Positions 1-8,086 of a stretch of DNA of 54,766 nt are shown one piece after another (position 1 is the stretch's first letter; every line of letters begins with the position of its first letter). A program made the translations under genes and the position numbers. The stretch is from NCBI GenBank assembly GCA_947626175.1, contig CANQRE010000001.1:1-54766 (forward strand), written 5' to 3'. The notes below the pieces were generated by a model that did no database searches, was not told the DNA's origin, and saw only the letters and a list, made by a program, of their open reading frames with translations. The DNA is from an uncultured Clostridia bacterium (lineage in GTDB: Bacteria; Bacillota; Clostridia; Christensenellales; UBA1242).

Positions 1-200
1 TTTTATTTCAGATGAGAGCCTGCGACCTAAAAGAACCATTTTCGCTCCTTCGCCGGGTTCTTATTGGTGTCGCAAACGGTTCGAATCCTACAGGGGGCGC
101 CAGAAAAATAAAGGCTTATAGCGATTTTGAAAATTGGGAAAATTACTTTTGACAACACTTTTGACAACACTTTTTTCCATGGAAGCAGACTAATAAGCAC

Positions 201-230
201 AAAAAACCTAGTCATTGACTAGGTTTTTTA
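201..230. terminator. Bidirectional rho-independent terminator
   Basis: Hairpin CCTAGTC-att-GACTAGG, flanked by an A-run upstream and a T-run downstream. Confidence 0.6.
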
Positions 231-306
231 TTGTTTTTTCGCTATTTTTGTTAAACTTTTTGCTTTTTCGGCGAAGTTTTGATATACTTTTTTCGGAGAA
301 AACAAC

Positions 307-1077
307 ATGAAAATCATATACACAAGCACTCTCGGTTGTCCAAAAGATGACGGAAAAAAACTTTTCCCCGAGCCATTTGAAAAAAGTTTTTGCGATGTTT
401 TGAAAAAGTTGATTCTTAAGGCCGATACTTTGCTGTTTGTGTCAAATCGTTGGCCACGCAGAACATCAGCTCTAGCACCAAAAGACGAAGTTTTCAACGA
501 CTTTCATTACACAAACAAGCAATATGCAAACGCGGTTTTAAAAAGTTTCTCTCTTTCAGGCATAAAGTTTAAAAAGCTTGTTGTGGTGGACAAAGATTAC
601 AAGGGCGACATCAAAAAGGACGTGGAAAACGCCGACTTTATTTTTGTTCAAGGCGGGCACACTCCGCGTGGACTAAAAATTTTGAAAGATCTTGGCTTTG
701 ACGCTCTTTTAAGAAAATATGACAAAACAATTTGCTTTACGAGCACATCGGCAAAACTGCCTGCCACCAAAGTTTTGTCAACCCATCACGGCAACATGAA
801 CGAATATGAAATTGAAGAAGGACTTGGACTTAAAAACTATTCTGTTAGGCCGCACTTTAACATAACGAAAAAGGATTTGTTCAACAAGAAAATTCGAAAT
901 CGAATAAAACTTATAAAAAGCCTTTCACGCCTTCTTCCTGTGCTTGCTTTTGGCAATCAAACATTTGCTGTTGACGACAACGGCGAGCTAACAATTTATG
1001 GCAAAGCGTTTTTGTTTAAAAACGCAAAAAAACATTTGATCTGCAAAAGTGGATCAAAGAAAAAACTTGTTCTATAA
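307..1077 (+). CDS. Uncharacterised protein, weakly peptidase S51 / class-I glutamine-amidotransferase-like
   Basis: 256-aa ORF with a GGAG RBS. It ends 9 nt before folE, suggesting an operon. The FIFVQGGHT stretch only loosely resembles the S51 GGNT motif, so the function is not secure. Confidence 0.5.
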   Translation: MKIIYTSTLGCPKDDGKKLFPEPFEKSFCDVLKKLILKADTLLFVSNRWPRRTSALAPKDEVFNDFHYTNKQYANAVLKSFSLSGIKFKKLVVVDKDYKGDIKKDVENADFIFVQGGHTPRGLKILKDLGFDALLRKYDKTICFTSTSAKLPATKVLSTHHGNMNEYEIEEGLGLKNYSVRPHFNITKKDLFNKKIRNRIKLIKSLSRLLPVLAFGNQTFAVDDNGELTIYGKAFLFKNAKKHLICKSGSKKKLVL

Positions 1078-1086
1078 GGAGAAAAC

Positions 1087-1635
1087 ATGATAGACAAAAA
1101 CAAAATAAAATCTCTCACCCAACAGTTTTTGTTGGCAATTGGCGAAGATCCAAATCGAGAAGGATTGCAAGACACCCCAAATCGCGTGGCAAACATGTGC
1201 AAAGAACTTTTTTCCACAAACAAAAAAGATCTTTCCCGAACAGCTTTTTCTTCTTCCAACTTTGACGGGATAGTGATGGTGAAAAACATTGATTTTTCGT
1301 CAGTTTGTGAGCATCACTTGCTTCCATTTTTTGGACAAGTGAGCGTGGCATACATTCCAAACAAAAAAGTGCTTGGCTTAAGCAAGCTTGCCCGAATTGT
1401 TGAAACTTTTTCAAAAAGACCGCAACTTCAGGAACGTCTTGCAAAACAAATTTTGGACGAAGTTGTTCGCGTGACAAAGCCAAAAGGAGCAATTGTTTTT
1501 GTTGAAGCTACGCACACTTGCATGACAATTCGAGGCGTGAAAAAGCCTAACGCCACAACCAACACTCTTGTTTGCAGCGGCGAATTTGAACGCCCTGACA
1601 TGCAAAATCTTTTTCTTTCTGCAACAAAAAATTAA
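1087..1635 (+). CDS. folE: GTP cyclohydrolase I
   Basis: 182 aa with the family-typical CEHHLLPFFG zinc/active-site block and the LSKLARIVE...RPQLQERL segment. AAGGAG RBS. Confidence 0.9.
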   Translation: MIDKNKIKSLTQQFLLAIGEDPNREGLQDTPNRVANMCKELFSTNKKDLSRTAFSSSNFDGIVMVKNIDFSSVCEHHLLPFFGQVSVAYIPNKKVLGLSKLARIVETFSKRPQLQERLAKQILDEVVRVTKPKGAIVFVEATHTCMTIRGVKKPNATTNTLVCSGEFERPDMQNLFLSATKN

Positions 1636-2411
1636 GCTTGCTTTTGTTTGCTTGTTTTTGTTTGTTCCAAACTCTTTTTCAAGGCGTCCATAAGGTTGAT
1701 CACCCCACTTGGAAGCCTTTTTTGTTTTGGCGATTTAATTTTTTCGCCATTGATTTTTTGCTTTATTGCCTGCAAAATCTTTTCGCGATATTCGTCCTTA
1801 TATTTTTCTGGCTCAAACTTTTCGCTCATGCTGTCAATCAAGTTTTTGGCAAGTTTAAGTTCAGCTTCGTTTGCCAAGCCCTGTTTTTCTATTTGTGGCA
1901 TAGGCTGAACTTCGTCATAAAAATACAGCGTGCTTAAAACAAGTTTTTCGCCGGCAGCCCAAATTGCAACAAGTTGCTGCTTGCTGCCCAAAACCGTTTT
2001 TGCAATTGCAACCTTCTTTTCATCCTGAAGGGCTTTTTTAAACAAGCCAAACGCTTTGTCCGCACCTTGCGGAGCAACATAAAATGATTTTTCAAACAAA
2101 ATTGGATCAATTTCCTTTAACAAAACAAAACTTTCAATTGAAATGCTTTTGTCTTTTGGCGATTTGATTTTTTCAAGCTCGTCATCTGTGAGAGTGACAT
2201 ATTTGCCCTTTTCATATTCATATCCTTTGACAACATCTTCCTTAGAAATGTTTGCCGGACAGTTTTCACACGTTTTTTTGTATTTTATCCTTTGGCCTGT
2301 TTTTTTATATAACATATTAAAGCCAACATCTTTGTTTTTGATGCAAGCGTGAAGTGTTATTGGAATGTAAACAAGCCCAAATTCTATTGCGGTTTTGTAA
2401 CTGTAAGCCAT
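1632..2411 (-). CDS. ku: Ku-type non-homologous end-joining DNA-binding protein
   Basis: 259 aa. The N-terminus (FGLVYIPITLH...) and the basic Lys-rich C-terminal tail are typical of bacterial Ku. Its stop codon overlaps the folE stop within TTAA. Confidence 0.85.
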   Translation of the reverse strand: MAYSYKTAIEFGLVYIPITLHACIKNKDVGFNMLYKKTGQRIKYKKTCENCPANISKEDVVKGYEYEKGKYVTLTDDELEKIKSPKDKSISIESFVLLKEIDPILFEKSFYVAPQGADKAFGLFKKALQDEKKVAIAKTVLGSKQQLVAIWAAGEKLVLSTLYFYDEVQPMPQIEKQGLANEAELKLAKNLIDSMSEKFEPEKYKDEYREKILQAIKQKINGEKIKSPKQKRLPSGVINLMDALKKSLEQTKTSKQKQA

Positions 2412-2487
2412 ATTTTTTCTCCAAAAAAAGGATTGACTTTTTTGGTAATTTTATTTGTGGCTTTTTTGTTTTGTTTGTTGTTTTTTG

Positions 2488-3795
2488 TCAAATAGATTGG
2501 ATTGTTTTCACAAGTTCATCCAAGCACTTTTTTGCAATTTCTTGGTTTTCGTGCTCAACCATGATCCTTATTTTCGGCTCTGTTCCGCTTGCCCTGACAA
2601 ACACTCTTCCTTTTGGAGTGATTTCGCTTAAGAGTCGCGATATTTTTTTGGACAAAATTTCATTGTTCACAATTTTGAGTTTATCTGAAACAACAATATT
2701 TTTATTGAGCTGGCAAAAAAGCTTCACTTCGCTTAGTTTTGATGCTTTTTCGCCGCTGTCCTTAAGTGCTTTTGCAATTTGAAGAGCCGCCAAAATTCCG
2801 TCTCCCGTTGGCAAAAAATCTTTCAAAATTATGTGTCCTGATTGTTCTCCGCCAAGCGAAAAATCTCCCCGCTGCATTTCTTCAATCACATATTTGTCGC
2901 CAATATCAGTGCGCACAAGTTTTATGCCTTCTTCGGCAAGTTTTTGGGCAAGCCCGCTGTTTGTGTGGCTTGTTCCAACAATGGTGTTTTCTTTCAATTT
3001 TCCTTCGCTGTGCAGTTTTTTTGCAAGCACATAAATCAGTTTGTCTCCGTCAATAACTTCGCCCTTTTCATCCACCGCAATAACCCTGTCTGAATCGCCA
3101 TCGAAAGCAAAGCCTATGTCCGCTTTTTCGCTTTTAACTTTTTCTTGCAAAGGCAAAACAAAGGTTGAGCCGCATTTTTCATTTATGTTTTTGCCTGTTG
3201 AAGCAAAGTTTGTTTTTATTATGTTTGCTCCTTTTTTGCGAAAAACTTTTGGGGCAATTTTGTAAGCAGCACCATTTGCCAAATCCAAAACAATTTTCAT
3301 TTGGTCAAAATTTCCTTCCACGCTGTCAAGCAAAAACTTTGAATATTGAGTGCAAAGCGAAGGCATAAACTTGTATTTTCCAACTTTTGTGGATGAAACA
3401 ATGTTTTGGCAAGCAAACAGCCTTTCAAGTTCCAACTCTTCCTTTTCGGAAAGCTTTCTGCCCGTTGAATCAAAAATCTTTATTCCGTTATATTCCTTTG
3501 AGTTGTGCGAAGCGGAAATCATAACGCCATAGTCAGCCTTTCTTTTTTTGACCAAAAAAGATATTCCTGCAGTTGGAACAATTCCAACATCTTCAACATT
3601 TGCTCCGCCCTTTAATGCTCCGCATGCAAACGCCGCGCTCAAATAGCTTCCGCTGATTCGAGTGTCCCTTCCAAGCACAATTTTTGCATTTTTCTTTTTT
3701 CGTGAAAGGGCATTTCCAACCATTTGCGCAATCAGGTCTGTCAAATCGTTGTTCACAATTCCCCTGATCCCGTCTGTTCCAAAATATATTCCCAT
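2488..3795 (-). CDS. glmM: Phosphoglucosamine mutase
   Basis: Phosphoserine loop SASHNSKEYNGIK and an MGIYFGTDGIRG N-terminus. I place the start at the ATG at 3795 (internal Met38 of the track ORF), which shares one base with the upstream TGA stop. Confidence 0.9.
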   Translation of the reverse strand: MGIYFGTDGIRGIVNNDLTDLIAQMVGNALSRKKKNAKIVLGRDTRISGSYLSAAFACGALKGGANVEDVGIVPTAGISFLVKKRKADYGVMISASHNSKEYNGIKIFDSTGRKLSEKEELELERLFACQNIVSSTKVGKYKFMPSLCTQYSKFLLDSVEGNFDQMKIVLDLANGAAYKIAPKVFRKKGANIIKTNFASTGKNINEKCGSTFVLPLQEKVKSEKADIGFAFDGDSDRVIAVDEKGEVIDGDKLIYVLAKKLHSEGKLKENTIVGTSHTNSGLAQKLAEEGIKLVRTDIGDKYVIEEMQRGDFSLGGEQSGHIILKDFLPTGDGILAALQIAKALKDSGEKASKLSEVKLFCQLNKNIVVSDKLKIVNNEILSKKISRLLSEITPKGRVFVRASGTEPKIRIMVEHENQEIAKKCLDELVKTIQSI

Positions 3796-4412
3796 CACTT
3801 CTCCTTCAAGTATTTTCCCGCTCTTTTTGGCTTTACGGTTGGCTTCGTCCTGCCAATGACAAAGTCTTCCTTGTTTGTGTTTTCGGTCACTGTTGTTCCA
3901 GCACAAATATATGTTTTTTCTTGTATTTCAATCGGAGCGATAATGTTGCAGTTGCTTCCAACAAAAGCATCGTCTCCAACTTTTGATCTATGCTTGTTTT
4001 TGCCGTCATAATTCACAAAGACAACCCCGCACCCAATGTTGACGTTTTTCCCAATGTCTGCATCGCCAACATAAGCAAGGTGCGCAGCTTTTGTGCCTTC
4101 GCCCAAAACCGAGTTTTTTGTTTCCACAAAACTGCCAATCTTGACACTGTTTTCTGTTTTTGTGTTTGGCCTTAGGTGTGCAAATGGGCCAATTTTGTTG
4201 TTTTCACCAACTTCCGAGTTTTCGATAACGCTTGAAAAAACAACGCTGTTTCTTTTTATAACACTATTGATTATGTATGTTTCGCCAAAGATTTCAACGC
4301 CGTCTTCGATTGTTGAGTTCTTAAGAATATTTGCGCTTCCATGGATGACAACGTTTTTGCCAATTTTGCAGCCTTTTTCAATGTGGGCAAGTTTGTTTAT
4401 CTTTGATTTCAT
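3795..4412 (-). CDS. Left-handed beta-helix (hexapeptide-repeat) acetyltransferase equivalent to the GlmU C-terminal domain only
   Basis: 205 aa of hexapeptide repeats with the GlmU-like block AHLAYVGDADIGKNVNIGCGVVFVNYDGKNKH. There is no N-terminal uridyltransferase domain. Coupled to glmM by a TGATG overlap. Confidence 0.7.
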   Translation of the reverse strand: MKSKINKLAHIEKGCKIGKNVVIHGSANILKNSTIEDGVEIFGETYIINSVIKRNSVVFSSVIENSEVGENNKIGPFAHLRPNTKTENSVKIGSFVETKNSVLGEGTKAAHLAYVGDADIGKNVNIGCGVVFVNYDGKNKHRSKVGDDAFVGSNCNIIAPIEIQEKTYICAGTTVTENTNKEDFVIGRTKPTVKPKRAGKYLKEK

Positions 4413-4599
4413 AAGTTCTCCATCTTTTTTTATGATATATGTTCAAAATAGGTGTCTTTCGGATTGAAACAATCTTGTTTCAACCTTTTCCTTAAACCCT
4501 TTCATATAAAAAAACGATTTAAAACTTCAAACGTTTTCCTTTGAAAAAAAGTTTTTCACTCTATAAGAAAATCAAAGTAAAGCATTTCACTTAAAAATC

Positions 4600-4628
4600 T
4601 TGACCTAAAAAAACTTTGCATGTATAAT
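4600..4628 (+). promoter_or_regulatory. Sigma-70-type promoter
   Basis: TTGACC, 17 nt spacer, TATAAT, 20 nt upstream of the 4649 start. Confidence 0.6.
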
Positions 4629-4648
4629 TGTTTTTGTGAGGTAAAAAA

Positions 4649-5155
4649 ATGCAAATTGCGCACAACAAGACAATTTTAACAAAAAAAGATTTGGTCAAAA
4701 TGCAGTGGATTTCCGTTTTGAAAGGCTGCTATTTGGCTGTTTTGTTTGCGGTTATATTTGTTCTTATGGCTTTTCGAATTCGAAACGGCGAATTTGTTTT
4801 TGAAAGCTGGTTTTTTGCAGCCGTTGGCATGGCGATAATTCCTGTTTATTTTTTAATTTTTGCAATTTTAATCTACAAACAAAACAAAAAAGTTGCAATT
4901 GAAACAGGCTTTGATTATGACTTTACCGACACAAAAATAATTGCTGTTGCCACAGATTTAATTGACTTTGAAAAAATGGAAGTAACTTATTCTTCCATCA
5001 AAAAGTTTTCAGTTGAAAAAAAATATATTATTGTGATGATTGACAAAAACACATCTTTTGTGATAGACAAAAAAGGCTTTGACAAAGAAGAAGATTTAAA
5101 CAAAGTTATCTCGCTTTTAAAACTTAAAACTCAGCCAAGCCAAAAAAAGCGTTAA
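4649..5155 (+). CDS. Membrane protein, possibly YcxB-like
   Basis: 168 aa with two N-terminal hydrophobic helices followed by a soluble domain. Has its own promoter and a GAGG RBS. Confidence 0.55.
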   Translation: MQIAHNKTILTKKDLVKMQWISVLKGCYLAVLFAVIFVLMAFRIRNGEFVFESWFFAAVGMAIIPVYFLIFAILIYKQNKKVAIETGFDYDFTDTKIIAVATDLIDFEKMEVTYSSIKKFSVEKKYIIVMIDKNTSFVIDKKGFDKEEDLNKVISLLKLKTQPSQKKR

Positions 5156-5211
5156 AAACTTGCCTATTGACTTTGGTTTTTGCCTATGCTATAATTTTTG
5201 CGAGGTGAAAA

Positions 5212-6039
5212 ATGAAATTTAAATACTCAAACAAATCTTTGAAAAAAGGCGACACGGACCTGTTAAATCCAGCAAAGCCAAGCGAAAATCTCAAAAGATT
5301 TAGCGCCACAATCTATGTTAAACCCGGCCGCCGATTTAAAATAAAACTTCACGGAGCCGTGAAAGGAACTTTTATTTTTACAAGACCAAACAAAAACTTA
5401 AGCCTTGTTGGCCTTGATGAAAACATTCAGCCATATGTTCGCAAAGCATCGCAGCACTTTTTGGACTCTGTCATGGTTTCAGAAAATGACGCTTTGGAGC
5501 GAAGCCGAAGCAAGTGGCTGCTTGTGAAATTTCCAACTGTTTTATTGACATTCCCTGAGCTTGAAAAATCATTCAGAAAAGCCGCTGAAAGAATTGGCTT
5601 GTCAAAAGCAAACGCCATCAACAAGTCAACAAAAAATTCTGAAAGAGCAAACAAAAAGTTGCAAAGCGAGCTTGTCGATCTTGGCTTAATTCACGACAGA
5701 AAACAAGACAAAATTGATTCGTTTGAAAAACTGGCAAAAAACGTTAAAGAAGAGTTTGGCATTGAAGAAGATGACGCAAACAAAACAACCTCTGAAGGCA
5801 AAAACGAAGAACAAACTGTTAAAGTTGAAACCTTCTTTAGGGCAGCAACTGACGAAAACAAAACAAACGAACAAGCGGAAGAAAACAACGCTGCTAAAAA
5901 TGACGTTCAAGACAGCAACATTCAAAACAATGACGTTCAAAACGATGATCAAAATAAAGACATTCAAAACAAAGACTCTGACGGCAATATCATCATTGAA
6001 GAAGAGAGCGAAGACGCTAGCATAAATCCTTCAATTTAA
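5212..6039 (+). CDS. Hypothetical protein with an acidic low-complexity C-terminus
   Basis: 275 aa. Promoter is TTGACT, 17 nt, TATAAT upstream, with a GAGG RBS. The tail carries N-D-[VI]-Q-N-type repeats. Confidence 0.6.
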   Translation: MKFKYSNKSLKKGDTDLLNPAKPSENLKRFSATIYVKPGRRFKIKLHGAVKGTFIFTRPNKNLSLVGLDENIQPYVRKASQHFLDSVMVSENDALERSRSKWLLVKFPTVLLTFPELEKSFRKAAERIGLSKANAINKSTKNSERANKKLQSELVDLGLIHDRKQDKIDSFEKLAKNVKEEFGIEEDDANKTTSEGKNEEQTVKVETFFRAATDENKTNEQAEENNAAKNDVQDSNIQNNDVQNDDQNKDIQNKDSDGNIIIEEESEDASINPSI

Positions 6040-6050
6040 CATAATTTACA

Positions 6051-6078
6051 AAAAAAACAGAGAAAACTCTGTTTTTTT
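6051..6078. terminator. Bidirectional terminator between the 5212 gene and aspS
   Basis: Hairpin ACAGAG-aaaa-CTCTGT with an A-run on the left and a T-run on the right. Confidence 0.7.
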
Positions 6079-7813
6079 ATTCTTCAATTTTGATATGCAG
6101 TTCTTTAAGCTGCGAATCGAACGGTCTGCAAGGCGAACCCATAAGCATATCTCTTCCGTTTTTGTTGAGCGGGAAGGCAATAACTTCGCGTATGCTTTCT
6201 TGATTCATGATTGGCATAAGCATTCTGTCAAATCCAAACGCACAGCCTGCGTGAGGTGGCGCACCATATTGGAAAGCGTTGTAAAGTGCTGGAAATTTGC
6301 TTTCAACAACGTCTTTGGTGTAGCCTGCAATTTCAAAGGCTTTGACCATGATTTCCGGGTCGTGATTTCGAACGGCGCCCGACACCATTTCATATCCATT
6401 GCAAACAAGGTCAAACTGATAAGCAACAATATCAAAAGGATTTTTTGTGTTAAGTGCTTCAAGCTCACCTTGAGGCATTGAAAATGGGTTGTGGGCAAAA
6501 TCTGGCTTTCCTGTTTCTTCGTTTTTTTCATAAAATGGAAAATCCACGATCCAGCAATATTCAACTTTGTTTTTGTCAACAAGCCCAAGCCTTTCGCCAA
6601 GCTCGTTTCTCAGCGCTCCGGCAAGATAAACTGCTTTGTTTTCTTGGTCTGCCACAACAAAAAGTGCATCCCCTGTTTTTAAGTCCATTTCTTTCAAAAG
6701 AGCAGTTTTTTCGCTTTCGCTCATGTTTTTTGCAAAGCTTCCGCTAAGTCCTTCGTCAGTTAGTTTCAGCCAAGCAAGACCCTTTCCTTCAATAGACACA
6801 ACAAAAGCTCCAAGTTCGTCAAAAAACTTTCTTGATTTGTCAGCGGCATGGGCTTTGATCGCCTTGATTGTTTTCCCCGCAAAAAAGCTCATTTCAGTGT
6901 TTTTGAAAATGTGTGTAACGTCCTTGATGAGCAAAGGATTTCTTAAATCAGGCTTGTCGGAGCAATAATCCCTCATCGCATCAGTCCATTTTATTCTTTT
7001 AAACGGTGCTTTGCAAACATCTAGATTTGTAAACTTTTCAAAAATTTCAGTCGCCAAAGTTTCACAAACAGCAAAAACATCATCTTGTTCTGCAAAAGCC
7101 ATTTCAAGGTCTATTTGATAAAACTCTCCCGGCGTTCTGTCAGCGCGAGCGGCTTCATTTCTAAAGCACGGAGCAATTTGAAAATATCTGTCAAATCCGC
7201 TTGCCATCAAAAGCTGTTTAAATTGTTGAGGTGATTGTGGCAAAGCATAAAATTCGCCAGGAGCATAAACTGTTGGCACAATAAAGTCCCTTGCCCCTTC
7301 TGGCGATGTGTTTGCAAGAATTGGGGTTTGAAATTCAGTGAATCCAAGTTCGGTGAGTCTGTCACGAACAAACTTCAAAATTTGCGCCCTTTTGACAATT
7401 CGCTCGTGAAGATCTGGATGCCTTAAGTCCAAAAACCTGTATTTCAGCCTTAACTCTTCCTTTGTTTGAGGTGCTTCGCTTATTTCAAAAGGCAAAACAT
7501 TTTTGCATTTCCCAAGTGTTTCAATTTTTTTTGCAACAATTTCAATATCGCCTGTTGGCATTTTTGGATTTTTGCTTTCTCTTTCTTCAACACTTCCTTC
7601 AACGCACACAACTGTTTCCTTGACAATTCCATCAAGGCTTTCATTGTTTTTAAACAAAATTTGAGTGATGCCATAATGGTCGCGAAGAGTCATAAATGTG
7701 ATTCCGCCAAGTTTTCGAATTGAGTTCACCCAGCCAGACAATTTGACCTTTTTTCCAACGTCATTTAGCCTAAGTTCTCCACAATTGTGAGTTCTATATT
7801 TGTTTGCTTTCAT
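6077..7813 (-). CDS. aspS: Aspartyl-tRNA synthetase
   Basis: 578 aa. Class-II motifs FQIAPCFRNE...R and GGLAFGxDR-like (GCAFGFDRMLM). I place the start at the ATG at 7813, preceded by GGAGGAAAA. The track ORF extends 75 codons further into the T-box leader. Confidence 0.93.
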   Translation of the reverse strand: MKANKYRTHNCGELRLNDVGKKVKLSGWVNSIRKLGGITFMTLRDHYGITQILFKNNESLDGIVKETVVCVEGSVEERESKNPKMPTGDIEIVAKKIETLGKCKNVLPFEISEAPQTKEELRLKYRFLDLRHPDLHERIVKRAQILKFVRDRLTELGFTEFQTPILANTSPEGARDFIVPTVYAPGEFYALPQSPQQFKQLLMASGFDRYFQIAPCFRNEAARADRTPGEFYQIDLEMAFAEQDDVFAVCETLATEIFEKFTNLDVCKAPFKRIKWTDAMRDYCSDKPDLRNPLLIKDVTHIFKNTEMSFFAGKTIKAIKAHAADKSRKFFDELGAFVVSIEGKGLAWLKLTDEGLSGSFAKNMSESEKTALLKEMDLKTGDALFVVADQENKAVYLAGALRNELGERLGLVDKNKVEYCWIVDFPFYEKNEETGKPDFAHNPFSMPQGELEALNTKNPFDIVAYQFDLVCNGYEMVSGAVRNHDPEIMVKAFEIAGYTKDVVESKFPALYNAFQYGAPPHAGCAFGFDRMLMPIMNQESIREVIAFPLNKNGRDMLMGSPCRPFDSQLKELHIKIEE

Positions 7814-7822
7814 TTTTCCTCC

Positions 7823-8047
7823 AAAAAAAATCCTAACGCTTTGTTTTGCGTTAGGACGAAAATTTTTATTTCCGTGGTGCCACCCAACTTGCTCCAAAGG
7901 AGCCACTCTTTTGACAATTACGCTTGTCGTAAGGCGATCAAACTTCAAGAAATGTCTTCGTGATTGTGCTGTGCTAACGGTTTTCACCAACTCCGTCTCT
8001 CTGTGAGCCGCTTGCAATCCTACTCTTTTTCTTGTCAAGCATTTGAT
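7823..8047 (-). promoter_or_regulatory. T-box riboswitch leader, Asp specifier (GAC)
   Basis: On the minus strand: AGAGAG GA-motif; specifier-loop context GAA-GAC-A (GAC at 7954-7956); T-box sequence AAGTTGGGTGGCACCACGG (7872-7890); terminator CCTAACGC-n8-GCGTTAGG followed by T8 (7823-7857). Confidence 0.85.
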
Positions 8048-8053
8048 GGAAAA

Positions 8054-8082
8054 ATTATATCTCTCAAAAAGTTTTTTGTCAA
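8054..8082 (-). promoter_or_regulatory. Consensus sigma-70 promoter of the T-box/aspS transcript
   Basis: Minus strand reads TTGACA, 17 nt, TATAAT. Confidence 0.75.
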
Positions 8083-8086
8083 CAGT

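Noticed and set aside
44-102. Intact tRNA or tmRNA gene, suggested by GGTTCGAATCC and a terminal GCCA
   Set aside because: The T-stem cannot form (AACGG versus CCTAC). There are no D or anticodon arms, and the span is only about 57 nt. The acceptor strand is G-rich rather than the ...UCCACCA end of tmRNA. The minus-strand reading (GGATTCGAA...TTTGCGACACC) resembles a tmRNA 5-prime region only superficially and lacks the GGGG start. Kept only as a fragment or relic hypothesis.
145-175. Short tandem repeat as a possible CRISPR or minisatellite
   Set aside because: Only about 2.5 contiguous copies of a 12-mer with no spacers. This is not a CRISPR architecture.
3796-3906. 37-codon N-terminal extension of glmM overlapping the upstream acetyltransferase gene
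   Set aside because: The conserved GlmM N-terminus (MGIYFGTDGIRG) begins at 3795, and the extension lies inside the upstream CDS.
5686-6025. Alternative-frame ORFs across the 3-prime end of the 5212-6039 gene
   Set aside because: They are generated by the A-rich low-complexity repeat, and the frame starting at 5212 has the promoter and RBS.
7814-8038. 75-codon N-terminal extension of aspS in the ORF track
   Set aside because: The region is a T-box leader with its own terminator. The conserved AspRS N-terminus starts at the ATG at 7813, behind a GGAGG RBS.
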